This document shows positions 45,445-53,300 of a stretch of DNA of 61,685 nucleotides, piece by piece. The notes below the pieces were generated by a model. The model was not told the DNA's origin. It did no database searches and saw nothing but the letters and a program-made list of their open reading frames with translations. Source of the stretch: an uncultured Mycoplasmatota bacterium (GTDB lineage Bacteria; Bacillota_I; Bacilli_A; RF39; UBA660); contig CAMYYH010000001.1 in NCBI GenBank assembly GCA_947303405.1, forward strand, positions 1 through 61,685, read 5' to 3'. Each line of letters opens with the position of its first letter. Positions within the stretch are counted from its first letter, which is position 1. A program made the translations under genes and the position numbers.

Positions 45445-48400
45445 CTAATAATTAATCATAGCATTTCTAAAATCAATTACTCTTTGCGCATCTGCATCTC
45501 TAGTAGCATCTGTAGATCCACTCATATAATAATTATATATATCTTCATTTGTAGGATATAAATCATGCATATATACAAACCTATGCGTAATACTAGAACC
45601 AGGTTGATAGCTATAAAAACGATGTCTATTTAATAATCCATAGAAGTAAGATAATTCATAATCTTGTAATCTATCTTCTTCAGATACCCCGAGCAATCCT
45701 TCTAAGAAATAAGCAAATGTACCTGTTCTATCTGTACCAATTTTACAATGGAAATATACTGATTCTCCACTAATAACATCATCCATTACTCTATTTAAAG
45801 CACTTCTAAAAGTCTTATAATTGTTCAAATAATTTTCTCTATCTATTTCATAGTTTGTTATAGTTAACGGTACATAATTTGAAAGTTTTGGATCAGATTG
45901 GTTTCCTCTTAGATCAACCTCTTCAGTAATACCTAATTTCTCAAGCGATGAAACATCACTACTAGATGCAAGTCTTACACCTCTATACATTTTTCCATAT
46001 TTAAGAGTTCCATCAATTGTACCATCTCCATCAGTATCAACTGATAAACCACCTAAATCTCTTACATTACGTACTGCACCAGCATCTATAATTCTTCTTT
46101 CACCAAGGACTTTAACAGTACCATATATACTAGTATCATCTTTTAATTCCCAGTAGTAAGTCTCCCCTGGAATCATATTATAAATTATTCCATTAGATAC
46201 TGTAACATAATTAACTTGTTCACCCTTAACTTTAGTTGCTTCATTAGATAAATAAACATTTAAATTAGCATTCATTCCAGTATCAAATCCATTTGGTCTA
46301 TCACATTGATTTTTATTTGATTCACTATTTATAGGACATGATTGATATGGATTACTTGCACTGGCATCACAAGATTGACAACTATTTGAATTAAAATTAT
46401 TATCCATATTTGTTTGGAATGTCGATGAGTCATTTTTCCAAGTTGAAATATTACTATAATATGTACTCATTGCATCATTTGTTGGATCAAATTCAACATG
46501 ACTAGGAGTATAACTCCATTTAGCATAATATGTTTTATCAGAATTTATTAAAAGCGGTTGATTTATTTTCTCTGTGTAATTTGTATCTGTATACCAACCT
46601 TCAAAAGTTGAACCATTTTTAGTTGGGGTTGGTAAAATTCTAATTACTCCACCATTATTTACTTCAACATTTAAAATATCACTACTTGAATTATCAAATG
46701 ATCCACCTAAAGAATCAAACTGAACATTATATGTTGTTATAGATGAATTATCAATTAAATAAAGTGGAACATCTATAACAGGTCTAGCTACATTCTTACT
46801 TGTATGTTCTACAGAAGAGAAATCTAAAGCAGAACTTTGTAAACGATAATAATTATTGTTATATATCTCTACCCAAATTCCGGTTCTAACAATTGAAGTA
46901 TTATTTATTCTAAATGATGTATTTTCAAGTATATAATCACATTTATTTAATAATGTTGAACTTCCTGGTTGAACATCACAAGCTGTTACTATTTCGTCAG
47001 CTTTTAACATTCTAGCTGCGTAACCATTATATTCTGTAACAACATTAGTCCATTGTTCAACTGTAGGGAACTTATCTAACACTTCCTCATATTCATAATT
47101 ATTTATAGTTTGAATTCCATCTGCACCTTCAAAGTTAGAATAAAATACCATTACAGCCTTTTCATCTTTTGTTTTTATATAATAGAATCTCTCATTATCT
47201 GGATTATATGTTCCATCTCCATTGACATCGCAATCAAAAGCATCACCACTTTTTATAGTTTCTCCAGATGTATTACCATATACTATTGTAGTTGTACCAT
47301 ATTGACCATTTGCATAATATCCAGCCTTACGACAACCAGCATTAGTAGTTCTAGCACAAGTATCAGTATGAAGTGTAGTCGCTCTACGACATAACGGAGT
47401 TACTGACCAATGAGCATATAAAACTATGTCTTCATTAATTACAATATCACTATTTATTAAATTGCCATTTTCACTATCAGTATACCATCCTAAGAATTCA
47501 GCTAAAGCTTTTGTTGGCGTTGATAATTCTGTAGTTAAAAGCTTTGCTCCATGTTTCTTATTTATATCATTTATTTGACTACCACCATTAGAATCAAAGC
47601 TAACAGTATGTATTTCTCTCTTATAATATACTTTCAACACTAAGCTTCCATCTCTATTAATGTTTCCAGAAATATTATTTTGACTATTAGTACTATCATA
47701 AGTAAAGTGATCATACGTTTTAATTATTGCTGTTGCATCAGTATCTGTTGTACCAGTTTTATAATCCGTTTCATAAAGAGAAAACTCGTTATTATCAATA
47801 TTTTCTTGATAATATTCAACCTTATAAGCAGTATCAGTTCTTGCTTTCCATATAGCATATAAGTTAACAAAACCACTAGTAGCTAAGTTATTAACTTCTG
47901 CTCCGTTTATCATTTTAGTACCAGTACCATCTGCTTTAGTATTCCAACTATCAAAAATATATCCTTGTACACTAAAATTATTTAAAGTTAATGATTTAGA
48001 TGTATCATATACCATATCTAAATCTTCCATAGAACCTTCAGCTGTATTTTCATTTGCATTAAATCTTATCTTATATGAATTAGGACTCCATTGTGCATAT
48101 AAATCAATTGTTCCATTATATACAGAAACTAAATTTTCAACCTCTTCTTGGTTATTATATGCCGTTCCACTTCCGTCTGATTTAGTATTCCATGAAGTAA
48201 ATGTATAACCCTCTCTTGAATAAGAAACATTAGTTAAATTACCTTTAACATCATAAGTAAATGTTTGATTACTCATTGTACCTTCAACATTATCACCATT
48301 CTTATTAAATATTACTTGATATTGATTTGGTGTATAATTTGCTTCAAAAGATAAATTATTTCTTGTACCTTTATTAACTTTAACAGTAATATTTTCATCA

Positions 48401-49938
48401 CCAGTTAAATCTGTTCCTGACCATCCTTTAAAAGTATATCCTACTTTAGTTGGATTAACTAATGTAAATGTTTCAGTTTTTTTGGTAAATGAAGTTGGAT
48501 TAGTAGTTTCTGTAATACCACCATTTAAATTATAAGTTATAGTATAAATTGTATCTTCAGCAGGAACCCATTGAGCTTCAAAACTCTTATTTCCCATAGA
48601 ATTTATATTTGGTAATGTAATTGTTGAAGAAATAGTTTCATTTTCTTTCCAACCAGCAAACAATTCTGTTTTATCCCCATCAGAATCTACTCTATCTGCA
48701 GGAATTACTAAAGTGAAAGAAGAACTTTCTATATTATAACTAGTAGGATTGTTTAAACTACTAATCTCCTCTGGAAGTAATCCCTCATAAGTAATTGAAT
48801 ATTCCTTAGGAGAATAGTTTGCAACATAAGTTCTATTCCCGGTTTTATTCTCAATTACTAAATTCTTAGTTGGTTCCACCAAGTCAGTGCCAGTCCACCC
48901 TATAAATACATAATGTTCCTTTGTAGGTTCAACCAACTCAATTTTATCTGTTATTTTATATGTAGTAGGATTATTAGTAGCTATATTTCCACCATTCAAA
49001 TCATAACTAATAGTATATTCATCAGCTACTAATCTAGCTACTAATTTGATATCTTCTGTAATAGGTTTAGAAGGATCAAAATCACTACCATCCTCATAAA
49101 CCCATTTATCAAACGTATACCCAGTTTCTGTTGGTGTCTTCAAACCACTTATTATATCCCCATAATTATTAATAATCTCTTTTTCTTTACCATTAATATT
49201 AACAGTAACAATCATCTTATCTAATAACTCTATATCACTTTTTAATAATATATTAAATGAATATAATGTAGCTCTTACAATTACAGGAGTTAATAATAAT
49301 CCAGAGATAATCAACACAGATATTTTTGATATCTTCTTTTTATCTCTGTCTTTATCTATTAGAATACAAGTAACAAAACCAACACCTGATACAACTAACA
49401 ATACAAAATAAATACTTATTCTATCCCCAGTCTTAGGATTAATAACAATTTCTTTTTCCTTCTCCTCTGTATCATCCAAATATTTTATTTTAAATGTTAC
49501 TTTAGAAGCTTGTTCTCTCTTAGATAAATCATTCAATTCATTTTTATAAACGGCTTTAACAGCTAAATCAAATGATCCATTAGCTTTCAAATTATAGTTT
49601 TCATGTTTATCATATTCATATGCAATATACTCATTATTATTATCATCAGTAATAGAGAGTATTGTTACATCTTTATCCATATTGCTTTTAATACTTATAT
49701 CATATTTTACAAAACCATATAGTTTATGAAAAGTAATATTATTCGTTGCTTCATCTTTACTAGAACCAAGAATGTCACCAGTAACATCATCTGATTTATC
49801 AGTTATTTTTATACTATCTATTTCAAGTGGTAAACTCTCAGCTATAGCTATAATGTTAGCAAATAAAGTCCCAACAAATACTATAAAAAAAACTATTGCC
49901 AATAACCTTTCTTTAATTAGCTTTCTTTTCTTTTTCAT
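45445..49938 (-). CDS. giant surface protein: TasA-like module, internal NPKTG + TM hairpin, 8 Listeria-Bacteroides repeats, MucBP-like segment, Cys-rich domain, C-terminal CX5R protein-tyrosine-phosphatase-like domain
   Basis: 1497 aa. NPKTG at residues 167-171 (49426-49440). Repeated [YF]xFxGW...YAxW units. The C-terminus reads RNVRDLGG...VYFHCKIGTDRTG (Cys codon 45745-45747). Confidence 0.7.
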   Translation of the reverse strand: MKKKRKLIKERLLAIVFFIVFVGTLFANIIAIAESLPLEIDSIKITDKSDDVTGDILGSSKDEATNNITFHKLYGFVKYDISIKSNMDKDVTILSITDDNNNEYIAYEYDKHENYNLKANGSFDLAVKAVYKNELNDLSKREQASKVTFKIKYLDDTEEKEKEIVINPKTGDRISIYFVLLVVSGVGFVTCILIDKDRDKKKISKISVLIISGLLLTPVIVRATLYSFNILLKSDIELLDKMIVTVNINGKEKEIINNYGDIISGLKTPTETGYTFDKWVYEDGSDFDPSKPITEDIKLVARLVADEYTISYDLNGGNIATNNPTTYKITDKIELVEPTKEHYVFIGWTGTDLVEPTKNLVIENKTGNRTYVANYSPKEYSITYEGLLPEEISSLNNPTSYNIESSSFTLVIPADRVDSDGDKTELFAGWKENETISSTITLPNINSMGNKSFEAQWVPAEDTIYTITYNLNGGITETTNPTSFTKKTETFTLVNPTKVGYTFKGWSGTDLTGDENITVKVNKGTRNNLSFEANYTPNQYQVIFNKNGDNVEGTMSNQTFTYDVKGNLTNVSYSREGYTFTSWNTKSDGSGTAYNNQEEVENLVSVYNGTIDLYAQWSPNSYKIRFNANENTAEGSMEDLDMVYDTSKSLTLNNFSVQGYIFDSWNTKADGTGTKMINGAEVNNLATSGFVNLYAIWKARTDTAYKVEYYQENIDNNEFSLYETDYKTGTTDTDATAIIKTYDHFTYDSTNSQNNISGNINRDGSLVLKVYYKREIHTVSFDSNGGSQINDINKKHGAKLLTTELSTPTKALAEFLGWYTDSENGNLINSDIVINEDIVLYAHWSVTPLCRRATTLHTDTCARTTNAGCRKAGYYANGQYGTTTIVYGNTSGETIKSGDAFDCDVNGDGTYNPDNERFYYIKTKDEKAVMVFYSNFEGADGIQTINNYEYEEVLDKFPTVEQWTNVVTEYNGYAARMLKADEIVTACDVQPGSSTLLNKCDYILENTSFRINNTSIVRTGIWVEIYNNNYYRLQSSALDFSSVEHTSKNVARPVIDVPLYLIDNSSITTYNVQFDSLGGSFDNSSSDILNVEVNNGGVIRILPTPTKNGSTFEGWYTDTNYTEKINQPLLINSDKTYYAKWSYTPSHVEFDPTNDAMSTYYSNISTWKNDSSTFQTNMDNNFNSNSCQSCDASASNPYQSCPINSESNKNQCDRPNGFDTGMNANLNVYLSNEATKVKGEQVNYVTVSNGIIYNMIPGETYYWELKDDTSIYGTVKVLGERRIIDAGAVRNVRDLGGLSVDTDGDGTIDGTLKYGKMYRGVRLASSSDVSSLEKLGITEEVDLRGNQSDPKLSNYVPLTITNYEIDRENYLNNYKTFRSALNRVMDDVISGESVYFHCKIGTDRTGTFAYFLEGLLGVSEEDRLQDYELSYFYGLLNRHRFYSYQPGSSITHRFVYMHDLYPTNEDIYNYYMSGSTDATRDADAQRVIDFRNAMINY
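47401..49212 (-). repeat. array of Listeria-Bacteroides (Flg_new-type) repeats plus one MucBP-like unit
   Basis: Eight units, each containing GYTFDKW, HYVFIGW, ELFAGW, GYTFKGW, GYTFTSW, GYIFDSW, AEFLGW or GSTFEGW and ending in -YA[xIH]W. They span residues about 243-846 of the 1497-aa protein, with one further unit downstream. Confidence 0.7.
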
Positions 49939-50030
49939 ACTTATACCACCTTATTTTCTGATACTATTGTATACTAATATGATTATATCAAAGTAATTTT
50001 TTTTCTTCAATACTCGTACCATTTTTTCTC

Positions 50031-50059
50031 AAAAAAAACATTCAATTATATTGAATGTT
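50031..50059 (-). terminator. rho-independent terminator, paralogous to the gpmI terminator
   Basis: Minus-strand AAACATTCAA-tataa-TTGAATGTTT followed by TTTTT. Position and sequence parallel the hairpin at 55576-55601. Confidence 0.6.
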
Positions 50060-50290
50060 TATTTTATTAGTGATATACCTGTCATTTCCTCTGGTATTGG
50101 CAATTCTAACAATTCTAACATAGTTGGTGCTATATCAGCTAACTTGCCATCATTAAGTTCTATACCTTCCTTAGTTATAATACAAAGTACGGGATCGGCA
50201 TTTCCCAGGTTTCATATTCCATGTCAACTGGAGATTCGGCAAAACAATACCGTTGATTGGCATTGCCCGACACTAATTCACACATTTCCT
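50058..50290 (-). pseudogene. gpmI: 3'-terminal remnant of a second gpmI copy
   Basis: Minus-strand translation of the last 40 codons gives [40 protein letters not shown]. The real GpmI C-terminus is [40 protein letters not shown], so 37 of 40 residues are identical. Upstream the similarity decays with frame disruptions. No start codon or N-terminal part is present. Confidence 0.8.
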
Positions 50291-50348
50291 TAGCAAATAC
50301 AAAAATAGGCAATAAAAGAACAAAAATAATAACCCCTTTATAATATAT

Positions 50349-53300
50349 TTAATTAAATCTAACTAGCTTTTTCTTCTTTAAACTCACTAATACAAACACA
50401 CTTATAAAGAATACTAATACTACTAACAATAACTTATCAGCAGTTTTTGGATTTATTAATGTATCTTCTTCACCAATCAAAACATATTCACTTAAATGTT
50501 CTAATGTTCCTTCAACATAATCACCATTCTTAGTAAATTCTATCTTCTCTTTAGTTTTACCATTATCATCTAAATAAACCATATAATACTTCTTATAATT
50601 CTTCATATTATCTTTTAGTTTAATCTTTAATCTAAATGGCCCATTATGTTTTTCTTCTTGATTAGTTTTTACTTCTATTCTGTAAACTCCTAATAAGATA
50701 TCTTTTTTCTTTTCTACTTCTTTTTTAATAGCTTCTATCCTATTAGTTATTTCTTCTTTATTATCATCTAATAAATCTACTATACTTAATTCATATACTA
50801 TACCAATTTTTTCTCTAAATACTATAGTATTATCATTATTATATAATATGTATTCTTCCTTTAGATTAATAGTTACTAAATTATAATTATGTTTATAATT
50901 ATTTATTAATTTACCATTTTCTTCTTTAGAATCTACTTTCTCAGTATTAATATATTCTGCATACTTATAAACATTATTGTCTATATCTATAATAAATAAA
51001 GCATCTATATCTAAATCTTTTACTTCTCTCATAAATTTATCTTTTTTATTAGCTATATAACTAACCACGTCATCCTTAGTTGTTAATTCTATTTCTTTTT
51101 CTTCAACAAGATTTAAAGTATAATTATCTTCTTTTAGTAACTCTACAGATACAATTACTTCATTATATTTTACTTCATATTCATAAGTAATTTCATCTTC
51201 ACCATTTATCGTATTCTTCAAATAGAAAGAATCTAATTCAATATACTTATTATCAGTAAACAAATCATTATAACTAGATATAGTAATATTCTCTTTACCA
51301 TTAGCAAACTCATCTATACTATTTTTAAATAATGCTTTTTTATCATTAATATAACTACTTACATTCGTTCCATAAGGCAACTCTTCATTTCTAGTATTAA
51401 TCTTTTTATAACTTACTATATATGCTTCATCTGGTTCTATATTAGTCTTTTTTTTCCACAAACATTTTATAGTTACATCATCATTAATTGTATATTGTTG
51501 ATTTATTAAATACCTAGCTCCATTTATTTCATAGGCATCAAATTCATTCTTATTAGGTGCCTCTATATGATAAATAGAAGGATCTTCTAAAGTTAAAACA
51601 GTACCAACAAGTTTTTCTTCAGTATTATTAAATCCATCTGTAATTTTACCACCATTAATTTCCCAAGTAACAACAGGTATACGCCACTTAGCATAAATAG
51701 TAGTCGGCCCCCTAACTGGCTTACTAAAGTCATATAAAGTTGTAAATTCAGAATCAGCATACCAATCCACAAAGATATATCCTTCCCTAGTAGGATTTGC
51801 TGGTCTTTCCAACGAATCCCCACTTAGTGCTTTTAGTGAATCAGTATTGCCATCGCCAAAATCAAATACTACATAATATCTAATTCTAGTATAAATGGCA
51901 TACAAGGTTATATCACTAGAAATAGAAATCTTTTCCCCATCATTATACCTTGTCCCTGTCCCATCAGGAAGGGTACTCCAACAATTAAAATCGTAATCTT
52001 CTCTAACAAAAGTGTTAAGACTTAGAGGTTTCTCTTCGGTTCCTCTAAACACTTGTGGCTCAATATTACCAGTCCCACCATTTGGATTAAAGGTTACTGT
52101 ATACACACCTAACTCCCAAATAGCATACAACGTTACATCGTTAGCAAAAGTTACTTCCTGACTATTTGCATAATTTGTTCCAGTACCATCTCTACTAGTA
52201 TTCCAGCCCCTAAATTCATAACCAGCATACTCAAAAGGATTATCATTTAAGTTAAATGCTTCATTAGAAATAAACTCTTGATATTTTGTCTCATAACTAC
52301 CATTATTTGAATCAAAAGTTATAGTCTTTTTGTTAGAGACTTCTCCTCCAACCACAATAGTTATTGCTCCAACATACCCATCATGAGAATTTTTGGCAAT
52401 TACCGTAGTCGTACCATCTTTTAAAGCCGTAATAGTTGAATTACTTAATGATACTATCGTTTCATCAGTACTACTTTCACAAACAGCAATATCCAAAGAA
52501 CAGTTTTTGGAAAATGTTAATTCATCATTGTATTTATCATTTAATACAAGAGTCAATAAATCTAAACTCTCCCCTACATTTAAATTTACTTCTTTAGCTA
52601 TACGAAAATAATCATAATTAATATTTTTTAAAATAGGTATTCTATTTACTCCACCCTCTTGAGATTGATTCCAATTATTACTAAAATTAGCCCAATTACT
52701 ATAATCAGCATTAGCTACATCAAAAACACTCATATTTAATAATGTATTACTAGAATTTCCCCACGAATCATTATCGTCAATTAACTTAGACGAAGTAGAA
52801 TAAATATTGTTAAAACTAAAATGAGGTCCGAACTGATTTCTTTTAACTATTGGAACACTCGAATTTCCCAAAGAGATAATATTGTCTATAGTATAAGAGC
52901 TAATATCAGCATCAGAGGTACCAACTAAAGCAAGGCTATCACAACTACTACACTTTAGTTTTCCTATATTAATAGAATCTTTTATAGTAATCCGTTCTTG
53001 TTCGCTCGTAACACTTCCAAGCAATCCAAAAATTTTCCCAGAGGAGCTATTAGTCATCTGAATGTCAGCACTATTAAATAAATTAGAAATAATCACACCT
53101 TGTTCTCCTAAAAAGGTTGTATTAACTCTCCCATAAACACCACCAGCCATTAATTCTACATATTCCACATCTTCACCAAAAACACGAATACTTCCGCCTA
53201 TTACTGCATTATTGCTTAATCCACCCGGTGATAAAGGACCCTTAATTAATATCGACAAGGCAATCCCACTAGCTTCAAATCCGCCCACAAAGCTAGGATT

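Noticed and set aside
50051-50293. 80-aa plus-strand ORF from the six-frame track
   Set aside because: The opposite strand of the same interval encodes a clear GpmI C-terminal remnant (37 of 40 identical residues) followed by a terminator. The plus-strand ORF is a shadow of that pseudogene.
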